64,000 bases of DNA from assembly GCA_013265495.1 (NCBI GenBank), contig MU058423.1:1129061-1193060 (forward strand). The letters are read 5' to 3'. The notes below the pieces were generated by a model. The model did not search any database and was not told the origin of the DNA. It saw only the letters and a list, made by a program, of their open reading frames with translations. How positions within the stretch are numbered: position 1 is the stretch's first letter; each line of letters starts with the position of its first letter. Below, piece by piece: positions 1 through 14,600 of this stretch. The stretch is from Vicugna vicugna (Eukaryota). A program made the position numbers and the translations under genes.

Positions 1-459
1 GCTACCAGGACACAGGCCCCACCCACACCCTTAATCTCAGCTCTTCTGCTGAAGAATTTGGATTTCACGATGACAGTCTGTTCTGGGAGATTTCCCTTCC
101 CCAGAACTTTGTAGGATGCCGATGGCACCACGTCAGAGACAGGAGCAGCTCCAGTCTTGTTCTTGGCAGCATTTACCCGTGTCTGGTCCCTGACCAAGGT
201 CCACAGTTTATCAAGGCTGACAGTTGGGCAGAAGCTCTGGTTCCCCTTTTAAGTGGTGATGCCTCATACTAACTTTCCCAAAGTGTCCCGGGTGATATTT
301 GTTGAAGTTGATCCTAAGTGATGCATGCCACCAGCATTACCCTGGCCTCCTGGGTGCTTTCGGTGTTTATCGATGTGGTTGTGGTTGTGGCTCACGTGGC
401 CCCTAAGTTTCCGGATCTTCCTTAGTCTGGATGGCATGTCGGCATCTGAGACGAAAGAA
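1..459 (-). pseudogene. RPL27A: Processed pseudogene of ribosomal protein L27a (3' end runs off the window)
   Basis: The minus strand from ATG at 437 reads [40 protein letters not shown], later [17 protein letters not shown]...[10 protein letters not shown]...[19 protein letters not shown]. It is intronless with a pyrimidine 5'TOP-like leader (TTCTTTCGTCT). There is a -1 frameshift near 316-317 (stop TGA 266-264) and a +1 near 243-250. Confidence 0.95.
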
Positions 460-865
460 CGTAGTCTTAAATAATGGTACCCTATTCACTAAATTCCTAA
501 AACTGGGTACCTGGACATCTTCCTCTCCATCCTCATCATTGGCTGCTCACCAAATCTTGCTCATTTCAGGTCCTAAATGTTTTTCTAATATATGTGTTCT
601 TCCTTAGCAGTGAACTAGCACTTCCCAGTTGAGGCTTTTCTTATCTTTTGCCTTGTTGCTACCACTACCTAACCAAGCTCCCTGCCTCTCATTTTGTCCT
701 GCTGAAAGCCTTCTCCTGTCTACAGCTGGAGTGAACGACCTCAAACACAAACTGACCCACATCACGTGTTCTCCCATTCCCTACTCCAGAGTGTATAATG
801 GGCACTGGAGATTGGGAATGTTGTGTAAGGCCATGAGTAAGTTTCTTGCTTGCCTGTGTTCCTAG

Positions 866-2500
866 GGTTTTTTGGTGGTAAAATTTAAATAACATAAAAC
901 TTACTATTTTAACTATTTAAAGAAGCAGTTCAGTAGCATTGAGTACATTTACACTGTTGTAGGCGGGTGGGAGGGCATAGCTCAACGGTAGAGTGCATGC
1001 TTAGTATGACCTTGGGGTCCTGGGTTCAATCCCCAGTGCTTCCATTAAAAAATAAATTAATTAAATAAATAAAATAAAACCAATTACCCCCCCAAAAAAA
1101 GAAAAAAGAAAAACATTTACACTGTTGTGAAACTGTTATCTCTATCCATCCCCGAATTTTTTTTCATCTTCCCAAACTGAGACTGTTCAACACTAAGTCC
1201 CCATTCCTCCCTCTGCCCACTGCCTTGCAACCACTAATCTACTTTCTTTTTCTATGAATCTGACTCTTGACTACTCTCAGTATTTCACATCAGTGGGCTC
1301 ATACAGCATTTGTCCTTTTGTGACTGCCTTATTTCACTTGGCATAATATCCTCAAGATTCATCCATTTTGTTGCTTGTATCAGAATTTCCTTTTTTAGAG
1401 CTAAATAATATTCCACTCTATGCATCAAATATAACATTTCGTTTAGCCATTTATTTTTTGATGGACATTTGGGTTGCTTCTATCTTCTGGCTGTTGTAAG
1501 TAATGCTGCTATGAACGTGAGTGTACAGATAACTGGTTGAGTCTCTGCTTTCAATTCCTTTGGGGATACACTCAGAAATGAAACTGCTGGATGATGTGGT
1601 AATTTGGTTTCTACTCTTTTGAGGAACTGCCATACTGTTTTTCATATTCCCATCAGCAGTGCACACAGGTTCTAATTTTTCCGTATCCTCACCAATACTT
1701 ACTATTTTCTGATTTTTTCATTTGTGTGCTTATTTTGTTTTGGCCATAGCCATCCTACTGGGCATGAAGTGGGATCTCACTGATTTTGATTTGTAGTTCT
1801 CTAATGATTAGTGATGTTGAGCACCTTTTTATGTGCTTATTGGCCATTTGTATATCTTCTTTGGAGAAACATCTATTTGACTCAGTTTACCCATTTTTAA
1901 ATTCAGTTGTTTGTTTTTCTTTTGTTGATTTGTAAGTCTTTTTAATATATATTTATATGTTAACCTCTTATCAGATATATGATTCACAAAAATTTACCTT
2001 TCTACTCTGATGATAGTGTCCTTTGATGCACAAAAGTTTTAAATTTTGGTGTAGTCTAGTTTAGCAACTTTTTTTTGTTTTTTAGTTATACTTTTGTGTC
2101 ATATTCAAGAAATCATTGCCAAATCGAATGTCATGAAGCTTACCCCTCAATGTTTTAAGTTTTACAGTTTTAGTTCTTATATTTAGATCTTTGATCCATT
2201 TTGAGTTAAATTTTATATTATAGCATAAGGGTCCAACTTACTTCTTTTGTATGTGAATAGCTACTTTGCTGAAAATACTGTCCTTTCCTCATTGAATGGT
2301 CTTCACAGCCTTGTCAAAAGTCATTTGACTGTATATATGAGGGTTTATTGCTTGACTATCTGTTCCATCCTCTTGATCTATAGGTTTATTTTTATGCCAG
2401 CACCACACTGTTTTGATTACTGTAGCTTTGTATTAAGTTTTAATTTCAAAATGTGTGAAATCTCCAACTTTTTTTTTAAGGTTGCTTAGGCTATTTGGGG
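866..2500 (-). mobile_element. L1 (L1M-type) 3' end and ORF2 C-terminal fragment, interrupted by a SINE
   Basis: Typical antisense L1 text (TTCATCCATT..., GATGGACATTTGGGTTGCTTC, ATTAGTGATGTTGAGCAC, TGTTTTGATTACTGTAGCTTTG). Boundaries approximate. Confidence 0.85.
961..1112 (+). mobile_element. tRNA-derived SINE (camelid Vic-1-like) with a 16-bp TSD
   Basis: A box TAGCTCAACGGTAGAG, B box GGTTCAATCCC, A-rich tail. Perfect TSD ACATTTACACTGTTGT at 945-960 and 1113-1128. Confidence 0.9.
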
Positions 2501-5500
2501 TGGCTGTTTCTAGTTTCTTAAAAATAAAATGAATACGAATTTTTTGGATAATAAAACATTAAAAGGTAAATTTAACAAAATACTATCCACCCAAACAACT
2601 CCCTACATAAACAAAACAAAACTCACCAATGGGTACCTCTTATGTAATGAGTAAAGTCCAAACTCTTTAGCAGTTCATCCAAGGTTCATCATATCCTATC
2701 TTCTATAAATTTACTCCCCCTTGTCTCACCTCTATCCGAACTTCCACTTTGTATTTCTCTTATAACTTCTCATCCAATGCTTAACTACTTGTACTCCTTA
2801 TCACAGCCCATTCTCTCTGTACTGCTGTACCTCTGCTTTTACTGTTCCCTTTGCCAAGAACACCCTTCCCTTTTTATGATTGACCCCCACTTCTTCCCTT
2901 AAGAATGTCACCTTATATGTCATCTTCTCCAAGAAGCATTTCCCAAACTCCCATGTTGGGTTTTAACTCTCTCTTCTGAGTTTCAATGCCCCCCACTCCT
3001 GCCTCGTCTGTGCTGATTGGTTAAGATATTATATTATATAGCAATTGTCTGTTAGATCAAGACCAGGGATCAGATCTTCTTCTCTTATTTAACTTCTAGT
3101 AGCTAAACACAATTTTTGGCATATAGATAATATCTGTTAAGATTAACGGAACTGAAGGGAATTTTGGGCAAGGGCCTGCTGCTAAGGATGGGATAGCACT
3201 GCCACTGGCAAAGAGAGGCTCAAGTGGGAGAAATCCTTGAGCACTGGTCCCGAGGAGGTCCTGGGTGTAGCATATATGGACTTCCGTATTGTAGACTGGG
3301 AAAATGTTCCTGTTGCTGGTCACTCGGCAGCACATCTATTTGAAAAAGTGTATAAATTTCAGGTCATTGCAAAAGCCACTAGGCAAAAGTCCAATTCCTC
3401 TGTGGTGTGGTAGTCCTTTCCTGGAGGAAAGCCAGAGGTCCTGGGAACCTTTTTATTTTCCAGTTTAGATGGAAACATATTTTCTGCAACTTTAGTTCTT
3501 TAATTCTTGAGAAACTGCCTCTGAAAGCATTTCAATGACTGTAGATGTTGCAATTATTTTCTAGACAGTAGGTTTCTGAACCCAAAGGAGACCCAGTGGC
3601 CCCGGTTCCTGGGACATCAAAAGTGAACAAATGCATTTAGGATAAACTGTGAAGTAGTAGCAGGGGCCTACTATGCCGGGCCAGGGGCTGGGAGCAGGCT
3701 GATTCAGAAGCCACGGTGAAAGAGATGTCCTCCTCAGGAACCTCCTTCTCACAGGCTGCTCAGAGCCATGAGCCACACGCAAGCGTGAGGCGTGTCTAAA
3801 CAGTGAGCCTCGTAATGGAGAGAGCTTGCCATTTCTGTAGACACGTGAAGGGTGTGAGTGATGAACTTGCCTATTCGCATCCTCCTCTTATATTTAGTCA
3901 ACTTGAGAACAAGGAGTTGGTTTTCTGCACAGTATCTCGTCCATAATATGTACTCGATAATGTCTGACACAGGATCTAATTCCAGAAGAACAAATTGCAT
4001 TTTCCAGTGAAATTGGTCTTGTTTTCTGCATATCACTGGAAGTGTATTTTTAATGGCTGATAATCTCCCATAATAACATCCTGATATGCTCAATTTTCTG
4101 AAGCAATCTCTCTTCGCTCTTTTAAAAACTGTGAAAATACTGTATAAACTGACAAAGAGCAAATAAGTCTGCAATCTTAAATGCTTAGGTGTTTAAGGAA
4201 AGTATTTAAAGAAAATAGTAAGAGGGTCATTCTGGTAGCAAGGGCATCGGGACAACATCCTCCTGGATAAATGAATAGTAATTGAAGTCGTTCAACAAAA
4301 AAGATCACATCTATTTTCATCCTGGTTATCATAGCCTCCATGTGTCTCATGTTGCTAATTATACTGTTTTAATTTTTCTTAAAATGTATTAATTCCAGAT
4401 TAGATACATCTTCCTTAGTCTTGGTGAAGTGAGATTGTTTCCCTTGGAAACAGAATATTTGTGTCCTTAGCATTTATGAGTGAGTTCGGACTACCTTCTT
4501 TGTAATTCTTTAAAATCACGTGTCAAAAGGAGAAGTTTCTTCTTGAAAGGAGAACTCTCTGGTGTCCTAGGACAGCTTGTCCTGGGACAACTTTCAGTGC
4601 TGCTTCGACTTTGAGCCTCTTTGGCCCCGGTTACCCAAAAAGGGAAGTTTCCCTTTAAACAAAAATGCTCTTAGGAACCAAGCTTTGACGTCACAATTGC
4701 TGTTTACATCCCTGCCTGCATCACTGGGTGTTGAGCTCTGGTGTCAGGTTACCTTCCGGGGCTCAGCAGGTCTTTGTTAAGCACCTGTGGAGGACTCTGG
4801 GCTGTGCTGGGAGCTCTTCATTTATTCCACGCAGGGCGTTTATTGAGCACCTGTGCTCTGCTGGACACTGGACTACAACATAAAAAGGATGGTCCCTGTG
4901 TTCAAAGAGCTCAGAGCGCAGGTAAGGAGATAACCAGTGAACCAATAACCATCTGGCAATCTGAGCAGTCTTGTGCTAGAGGTGAGCACCCAGGGAGGGT
5001 GTGAGTCCTCTGATGTTGGGGAAGAGGAACATTTCAGAGAATGGATGATACTTGACCCCAGGCCTTGAAGGATGAGTGAAATTTCCCAGTTAAAGAAAAG
5101 AAGTGCTAGGTGAGGACAGTGGGGAGATAAATTGGGGGAGGTAAGGTGATGGCAGGAAAATCTGAAAACGGGGGAGCGGGAGGACAGCATGACCAGCAAT
5201 TTGTTCGAGGAAAATGCATCAGACATGACATGTTGGAGACAGAGAGCTGGCCTGGAGGCAGCCAGGTAGTTCTTGCAATACCAGTCAATTGGAAGGTGAT
5301 AAAGTCTGGGATTTGGGTGTTGACAGAAGGGATGGAGGAAAAAGGAAGTTACCCCCGTGGTAGGTAGGGGACAGTGCCTGACTCCCTGTAGGAGATGGCA
5401 AATGTCTGTTGAGAGAGAGATGGACTATTTAAGTGAATAATTAACAGTGTTTGGTATATCAAAAAGGAGGGAACCTGAAACATGACTATGACTCTAAAAA

Positions 5501-6904
5501 TGTGAACCAGGTGACGAAAAGAATGGTTTATTATTTCATTGACAGGGAGGAGGTGTATGAGAGATGACGTGAATTCAAAGAAAAGGAAACTCACTAGTCA
5601 CTATAAATTCCCACAGGGTATAGGTTTGCATTCTTTTCCTTAGCACAGGACTCAGGATAGAACAATTTATCAGTTAATAACGCAATGCAAGTAAACAAGG
5701 GAAATGGGGCCATGGCTTTCATCCTCTCTGGTGTCCTAAGATGACTCGTCCCAGGGATAACTCTCAAAGTGCTGCTCTGTCTGTTAGCCAATTGGCCTCA
5801 GTTTCCTCATCTGAAAAATGGGGGGAGTTGCTGGGTGGCTAGCTAATATCCTTCCAGGGTTAAAAATCAGTGACTCCGTTCTTTTTGCTGGTATTTGTTT
5901 TCTTTCTTCTTAAAAAACAACTCAGAAAATGAACCCCAACTCTTCAGACCCATCCCTTCCCTCTGAAGCGAGCAGAGGAAACTAATGTATGAGGCAGAGA
6001 ATCTAAAGGGCCTATGAGCTGAAATGCTATTTCTCACTGTTTGAAGGATCCCATTGCCAAAAATGGAAGTGGCGTTGGGAGTGTTGTTTTTGCCATGTCC
6101 CCTGGACTTAAATGGAACTAAATTCTCTTGCAAAGATGGAGAGGAGCAGAGGGGAGGGGGCTGGGAGCTGGCTGCTAATCTATGCACTGGAGGTCCAAGT
6201 TCAAATATGCTTGCAGGAAAGCTTCAGTTCCATTTTTTTTCTCCATACACAATGAAGCCCTTGTGCTTCCAGAAGCTGGGAGAAGGCAGCTGGATTTCTA
6301 GAGCTCAACAGCCAGCATCTTTTTTATTCCTTTTAAGATTTTCCTCTTTTGGAGACACCCCACAGGACACACTGGTCTGGATTATAAAATACTAGTCAGT
6401 CCCATTGCTGTGAAGCCTAGAAAACAAGCAGCACACCGGGAACAGGAGTTACCAGCCCACGTTAGCACGTGGCCTCAGTGAACAGCTGAATAATGACTTT
6501 CAGTAAAACAAGGAACATTCAACACTTTACCCTCAACTTAACATTTGCCCTGCCTATGATGACTGTTCTAGGCGGCTAAGCTCCTGGACTGCTGGGTTCT
6601 TTTGCTGTGTTAGTTTCATTTTGTAAGCGACCCGGGACAGGCATGTGTTGAATAAATGCCCATCTGATTTCATATACCCAGAGGGCTTTCTGTGCCTACT
6701 GCTTACAGGATGTAATCAGATGGTCCCTGAAATGGTTCTGATCATCTCTTTTGGGGAAAAAAAACTTGCTAAAACGATACATTATTTCTTCCACTAAACC
6801 TCTGTGATAGTTTTCCTGTAATTTCTCTTTAAATGAAGTTTTAAGAGTTGACACGAAAGGAAACTGGAGTTTAGAGACGGGGGCAGTGGAATACATTTAG
6901 ATAC

Positions 6905-7110
6905 AATCGTAATAAGAGTTGACATTTATTCAGTGCCAGGCACTGGTAGGGGTATTTTATGAATTGAATTCATTTAATCATCACAGTGACTCTATAAAAT
7001 AGATATTGTCTTTGTCATTTAAAAAAATGAGGAAACGGTGGCACAGAGAGGTTAAATTATGATAGGAAGCTGAGCTGGGCTCCCCAGGATGGTACTTAGA
7101 GCCAGACACC
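6905..7110. mobile_element. MIR SINE fragment
   Basis: MIR core-like ATGAGGAAACGGTGGCACAGAGAGGTTAA and TCATTTAATCATCACA. Confidence 0.7.
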
Positions 7111-7307
7111 CTACTAATGTCCTGTGAGCAGGTGTTCCCCTGACTTTCACACCTCTCGTTTTCCTGAGAGCTATGTTGTATTTTCATTCTAGGCATAGTT
7201 CTTGGCTATTCATTGACTTTATACTCTGGTTTCCAGATATAAGATGAGCAGAAAGTAATGGGAGAGTAAACGGGTGGAGAGGAAGGGAAGAAGTCATGAC
7301 ATCGGGG

Positions 7308-7444
7308 CCACACATGCACACACACACCCAAGCACACGCACACATACACATGTGGGTGCGCACACACACACACACACATGCATACATGCACATATGCACA
7401 CACATGCACACACGCACATTCAAGCGCACACACACACACTCACA
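7308..7444. repeat. Degenerate (CA)n/(CACATG) microsatellite
   Basis: About 135 nt of interrupted CA repeats, directly visible. Confidence 0.9.
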
Positions 7445-7869
7445 AGCTGGTCCATTTACTTATTTTATACTCACATCAATCGTGTGGTCTCTGAGGCTCC
7501 TTCCCTGCCAGGTTATACATAGTCTCTACCTGAGGGATCAGTCCTTCCCACTCCAGGTCATGGGAAGAGGCAGGAAGGAGATGACTTCCTCTCCAGGGCC
7601 TGCCGGAAAACCATGTATGGAGAGGGACACTTGTAAGAACTGATCAATAAGAATAACAAGTGTAAAGGCCAGGCTCTATGAGTGAGGCTGTGCGGTCACC
7701 AGCTCTCTGAGCACAGAGGGAGATCAGTCTTGTCCTTGAGCGGCTCAGCACTGACAACAGCAAACACCCGTTCTGATGTGTCATCCTTGAAGCTGGAAAG
7801 AACCCCCGCAAAAGGAGCAGAGGACAGGGGCAGCATAGTTTATATTTCTTCTAGCCAGAGCGGAAAACG

Positions 7870-9393
7870 TCATAATGAATAGAATTTGGGTTAGATTTCT
7901 TATCAGGTACTGCCTCAGTGTAGGAAAAAATTAGTCCTAGACGAAAAGCTTCTCTGGTCTTCCTGAACAAAGTTTAAAGGCAGACCTGGAAAGGATACAT
8001 CTGCTTCCAAGTGACTTAACTATGCTCCAGAGCAAAGCTCAAGGAATACAAAAGTACCTAGCACTAACAAGGTAAAATTCACAATCAGAAAATTACCTGG
8101 CATGTAAAGAAGCAGGAAAATGACTGATAACGAGATACAAAATCAAAAGAAACAGACCCAGAAATAACGCATATAAGAGTTAGCAGATAAAGTTTAAAAT
8201 AGTAGTTATAACATAGTCTATATGTTTAAGAAGGCAAAGACTGTGCATGTTAAGTAGAGATGTAGAAAATATTAAAAAGGCCCAAATAGACTCCCAGAGA
8301 GGAAAATGACAATATCTGAGATGAAAAATACACCAGATGAGATGAATAGATTAGACACTGCAGTATAAAAAATTAGTAAACTTGAAGGTGTCTTAGTAGA
8401 AGTGATGCCACATGAAACAACGAGAAAAGAATTTTTTAAAAACTCAAAGAACATCAGTGAGCTATGGCACAATCTCAAGCAGCCTAATGTATATGTAAAC
8501 AGAGTCCCTGAAGGAAAGAAGAAGGAAGGATGAACAGTGAAAATGTTTAGAGAAGTAATGGTTGAAAATTTCCAAATTTGATGAATACTGTACTGCTACA
8601 GACACAAGTAGCTTAAAGAACCCCATTCACAAAACAAGCAAACAAACAAAAACCCCATGAATAATCACACCAAGAAACAATCAAATTGCTCAAAACCAGG
8701 GATAAAAATAAAATTGTAAAAGCTGCCAGAAAGGGAGTGGGGGTGGGGGTGGGGTGGAAAGATACATTACATACCAAGGAACAAAGAATGAGAGAAGACA
8801 TCATGTCAGGAACAGTGTGAGACACAAGACCATGGAGCGACCTCTTTAAAATGCTGAAAGAAAAAAAAATCTGTCAAAACCCAGCAAAAACATTTTTCAA
8901 AAGTAACTTCTGCAGTGAATTCAAAAATAGCTTTTCCAGACATACAAAAACTGAAGGAATTCAGCAGCAGCCGACCTACACAACCAGAACGGTTAAAGGC
9001 ATTTCTGCAGGCAGAAGGAGAACGAGATGAGATGGAAATCTGGATTTGTACAAAGGAACAAAAAGCGCTAGAAATGGTAAATAATAGGTAAATAGAAAAG
9101 ACTTTTTATTATTTAAAAACTCTTTAAACTAACTGACTTTGGAAAGCAAAAATAATAATGTATTGAGACGTCTATAACATACATGGAAGTAAAACATAAG
9201 GCAATGGTACAAAGGCCAGGAAGGGGAAAGTGGATACATACTGTTTTAAGGTTCTTATACTATATATGAAATGGTGTATTTTTTGAAGGTAGACTATATA
9301 TGCTACAAACCTTTTGTTGTAAAATAATAAAACTAAGAGTTATAGCTAATGAGGCAACAAAGGAAATAAAATGGAATCATTAAGAATATAATT
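7870..9393 (+). mobile_element. Old L1 (L1M4/L1MC-like) 5' region, ORF1 remnant and inter-ORF segment (host element)
   Basis: A-rich, ORF1-like motifs (CATCAGTGAGCTATGGCACAATCTCAAGCAGCCTAA, AATCAAATTGCTCAAAACC). Decayed, no long ORF. Confidence 0.75.
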
Positions 9394-11650
9394 ACAGGAA
9401 TGGGACAAGGATGCCTCCTCTCATTATTCCTTTCCCATGTTGCACTGGAAGTCCTAGTTGATGCAATAAGGCAAAGGGAAATGAAAAGTTTACAGACTGA
9501 GAAGGAAGAAATAAAACTGTCAATTTTTTAAGATGAAATGATTATGTAAAAAAATTCCAAAGAATCAACAAAAAGCTCCTAGAATGAGTATACAACTATA
9601 GCAAGTTTGCAAGATACAAGGTCAGCATACGAAAGTCAACTGGTTTCCTATATCCTAGCAATACACAATTGCGATTTGAAATTAAAAACACAACATCATT
9701 TACACTAACACCTTAAAAATATTAAATACTTGAATATAAATCTAACAAAATAGATACAAGATTTATGTGAGGAAAACTACAACATTCTGATGAAAGAAAT
9801 AAAAAAAGAACAAAAATTAGTGGAAAGATATTTCACGTTTATGGGTAGAAGACGCAATAGTGTCAAGACATCTATCTTCCTATCTAGAATGACAGATTCA
9901 ACACAATCCCTATCAAAATCCCAGCAAGTTATATTGTCAACAACCTAATTCTAAAGTTTACATGGACAGGCAAAAGACCTCAAATATTGAAAGAGAAAAA
10001 CAAAATTGGAGGACAGATACGACCTGACTTACTGTGGAGCTACAATAATTGAAACAGCATGGTCCTGGCAAAAGAACAGACAAATAGATCCATGCAACAG
10101 GATAGAGAGCCCAGAAATAGACCCACATAAATATGGTCAGGTGATCTCAAAGGAGCAAAGACGACACAATTGGGAAAAGACAGTCTTTGCAACAATTGAT
10201 GCTAGAGCAACTGGACATCCACAGCAAAAAGTAAATCTAGACATAGACCATATACTCTTCAAAAAATTAACTCAAAATGGACCAAAGACCTAAATGTAAA
10301 GTACGAAATTATAAAACTCACAGAAGATAACATAGGAGGCAATCTAGATGATATTGGTTATGGTGATGACTTTTTAGATACCAAGGCCAAGGCACAATCC
10401 ATGAAAAGAATAATTCATAAGCTGGACGTCATTAAATTGAAAACGTTCTGCTCTGCAAAGACACTATCAAGAGAATGAGACAAACCATAGACTGGGAGGG
10501 CTGGGAGGATCTATTTGCAAAAGATACATCTGATAAAATACTGTTAATCAAAGTATACAAAGAAGCCAAAACACAGTAATAAGAAAATTAAAAAAATAAA
10601 AACAGATTAGAGAATGGGCAAGAAACCCAGACAGACACCTCATACACACACAAAAAATGCGTATTTCAAACTAGCACATGAAAAGATGCTCTACTGCATA
10701 TGTCATTAGGGAAATGCAAATTAAAACAACAACGAGGTACTTCTACACACCTAGTAGAATGGCCAAAATCTAAAACACTGCCAACACCAAATGCTGGCAA
10801 GGATGTAGAGCAACAGAAACTCTCATTCATTGCTGATGGGAATATAAACTGGTGTAGCCTCTTTAGAAGACAGTTTGGCAGTTTCTTGTGAAAATAAACA
10901 TACTCTGACCGTTTGATCCAGCAATTGTGCTCCTTGGTGTTTACCCAAATACATTTCTCAATTTATGTCTACACAAGAACCTGCACATGAATTTTTATAG
11001 CAGTTTTGTTCATATTTGCCAAAGTTTGGAAGTAATTAAGATGATTTGCAGTAGGTGAAGGGATAAATGAAACTGTGGTATATCCAGACAATGGATTATC
11101 ATTCAGTCCAAAACAAATGAGCTATCAAGCCATGAAATGATATGGAGGAACCTAAAATTCATATTACTAAGTGAAAGAAGCCAATCTGAAAAGACTACAT
11201 ACTGTGTAATTCCAACCATATGACATTCTGAAAAAGGCAAAACTGTGGAGACAGTAGAAAAGATCAGTTGTTGCCAGAGGTTGAGAAGTGGGAGGGAGGG
11301 ATTAATAGGTGGAACACGGAGGATTTTTAGGGCAGTGAATCTATTTCGTACCATACTATAATGGTAGATACGTATTGTTACACATTTGTTAAAACCCACT
11401 GAATGTACAACACCAAGAATGAACCCTAAGGTAAAGTATGAACTTTGAGGGATGATCATGTGCCAGTGTAGGTTCTTCAACTGTAACAAATTGTATCAAA
11501 AAATCCCCCCATCTCTGGTGCGGTTGTTGATAGAGGTGGTGGCTATGTGGATGTGGAGCAGGGGATATATGTGACCTCGTTGTACTTTCTGCTCAATTTT
11601 GCTGTGAACTTAAAACTGCTCTAAAAAGTAATGTCTATTTTTAAAAACTT
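9394..11650 (+). mobile_element. 5'-truncated L1 (L1MC-like), ORF2 RT/C-terminus plus 3' UTR, nested in the host L1
   Basis: Starts in the RT region (GGGACAAGGATGCCTCCTCTCA). ORF 10006-10293 has the L1 ORF2 motif [27 protein letters not shown]. Ends ...AAAACTGCTCTAAAAAGTAATGTCTATT. Confidence 0.85.
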
Positions 11651-14600
11651 TCTAAAAAGTACTCAGTTCAAAAGAAGGCAGAAAAAGGAAAAAGGGAACC
11701 AAGAGCAAAGGGAACCAAGAACCAAGAACAATGGAACAAATAGAAAACAAATAGCAAGATTGTAGATTTAAATCCAACTATATCAATAATTACACTAAAT
11801 GTTAATTAAAAGGCAGAGATTGTCAGATTGCATGTAAAAGCAAAAATGAACTATATTTTGCCTCCAAAAAATCCACTTTAAAAATAAAAACAAAAATATG
11901 ATAAAAGTAACAAGATGGAAAATAACACACCATGGAAACACTAATCAAAGGAAAGATGGAGACAATCCATCAATATCAAACAAAGTAGATTTCAGAGCAA
12001 AGAATATTACTAGGGAGAAAGAGAGTTATCTCATAGTGATAAAGGGTCAATTCATCAAGAGGACACAGTAATGCTAAACATTTATGCACCTAATAAAAGC
12101 ACTTTCAAAGGCTTCAAAAGTACATGAAACAAAACTGGTAGAAATACAAAAAGATACAGACAAATCCACCATTATAGTTGGAATTTTAACACTGCTCACT
12201 CAATAATTATTAGAACAAATAAAAAATCAGCAAGTATAAAATAGAAAAACTGAATAGCAATCATCAATTAACTAGGCCTAACTGACATTTAGAGAGCTAT
12301 CCATGAAACAAATGCACATAGAACATTTCCCCGTACAGCATAAAACAAGTCTCGATAAACTCAAAAGCATTTAAATCACACAAACTCTTCTCTGACTGCA
12401 TGGAATTAAACTAGAAATAAATAATAGAAAGATATTTGGAAAAATCCCCAAATATTTAGAAACATACTTCTAAATAGTCTGTGTCTCAGAAGACATCAAA
12501 AGGTAAATTAGGAAGTACATTGAAATAAATAATAATAAAAATATAACAACAAAATTTGTAGACACAGCTAAAGCAATGCTTAAAAGGAAATTTATGGAAC
12601 TAAACATTGTTATTAGAGAAGAAGAAAGGGCTCAAATCAATGACCTCAGCTTCTACCTTAACAAACTAGAAAAAAGAAGAGTAAATTAAACCCAGAGCAA
12701 GCAGAAGAAAAAAATAATAAAGATAACAGCAGAAATCAATGAAATAGAAACAGAAAAATAATAGAGAAAATCAAACAAAATTTGGTTTGTTAAACATATC
12801 AATAAAATTGACAAACCACTAGTTTGATGAATCAAGAAAAAAAAGAGAAGACAAAATTACCAAAGCAGAGACATCCCCAAAGCTCCTGGAAGCATTAGAA
12901 GGATAAATAAATATTATTTATAACTTTGCTGATAAATGTAACACTCTAGATGAAATTAAAAAAATTTTTTTTTGAAAAACAAACTACCAATGCTAAATAA
13001 ATTTAATTTCTGGTTAAAAAGATCTTCCCATAATGATAACTCCAGGGCCAGATGACTTCATGAGTAAGTTTTATGAAATAGTTAAGGATGAAATACCATC
13101 GATTTCATCAAAACTCTTCCAGCAAAATGAAGAGAGTACTTCCCAACTGAGTCTATGAAACTGGTGCTGTTTTGACACTGAAACCAGACATGCACTATGA
13201 GAAAACCATAGACCAATATCCTTCATAAGATTAATGCAAAAAAAATCCTTAAAAATTTCAGTAAATTGAATCTAACAATACATAAGAAAGATAACACATG
13301 TGTTCAAGTGGGATTTATCCCAGAATCCAGTCTATAATTCAAAACCCAATCCAGAATTCATATACTTAACAACTGAAAAATAAGAATCATATCCCTATGT
13401 CAACAGATGCATAAAAATATTTGACAAAACCTAATATCCCTGATATAAATTCATAGTAAACTGTGAATAGAAGGAAACTTCCTCAATCTGATATAAGGCA
13501 TCTAAGAAAAACCTACAGCAAACATCACACTAGAAAACTAAAGGCTTTCTCCTAAGATCAGAAGCAAGGCAAGGATGGCCACTCTATTTCTGTCCAGCAT
13601 TGTACTGAAAGTTCTAACCAGTGGAATAAAGCAAGAAAAAGCATTTAAAAAAACATTCTGATTGGGAAAAACTTAATTGTTTTTATTTACAGAAGACATG
13701 ATTGTCTATGTAGAAAATATTACTTAAGTTCAATAAACAAAAATTATTTGTATTTCTTTATTCTGGTAATGAACAATCAGAAATTTGAATTTAAAAATAA
13801 TACCATTTGCAGTAGCAATAACAACAAACAAGACGTAAGGATCAAGTTAACAAAAGATTTGTAAAATCTGAACACTGAAAATTACAGAACATTGCTGAAA
13901 GAAATTAAAGAAGGCCTTAAAAAAAAAAGAGATACTTTGTCTTCATCTATTGTAAAGTCCTGTGTTGCTGAGATGATAATTCTCTCCCATACTGATCTAT
14001 CAGTTTAACACAGTCCCAATCAAATTCCCAAAGGCTTTTCTGAAGAAACAGTAAAGCTGACTTTAAAATGTGTATGAAAATTCAAAAGACCCAAACCAGC
14101 CAAAACAACTTTGAAAAGGAAGAATAAAGTTGTAGTACTAACACGACTGAATTTCAAGACTGACTATAAAACCGCAGCAATCAAAATGGTGTGGTATCGG
14201 TGTAAAGACAGAGAAGTAGACTGATGCAACAGAATACAGAGTTCAGAAATAGACGCAGACATAATGGTCAGTGGATTTTCAAGAAAGATGCCAAGGCAAC
14301 TGAAGGGGAAAAGGACAATCTTTTCAGCAAATGGTGCTGGAACAATTGGATAGCCACATGCAATCAAATGATCCTTAACTCTGACTTCACACCATGTACA
14401 CAAACCAACTCGAAATGGATCATAGACTTGAATATGAGGCTAAAACTATAAAATTTCTAGGAGAAAACACAGGAGAAAGTCTTAGTGACCTTGGGCTTGG
14501 CAAAGATTTATTAAATATGACACAAAAAGTACAAACTACAGGACCAAACATAAATTGGACATACAATCAAAAATAAATTATAAAACTTAAATCTAGTGTC

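Noticed and set aside
961..1045. tRNA-like sequence with A and B boxes (also 25563-25640)
   Set aside because: An A-rich tail and TSDs identify these as SINEs, not tRNA genes.
3749..4174. 141-aa minus-strand ORF in AT-rich DNA
   Set aside because: Non-ATG start, no recognisable domain and no splice support.
7184..7643. Cys/Val- or His/Thr-rich ORFs
   Set aside because: Translations of the CA microsatellite.
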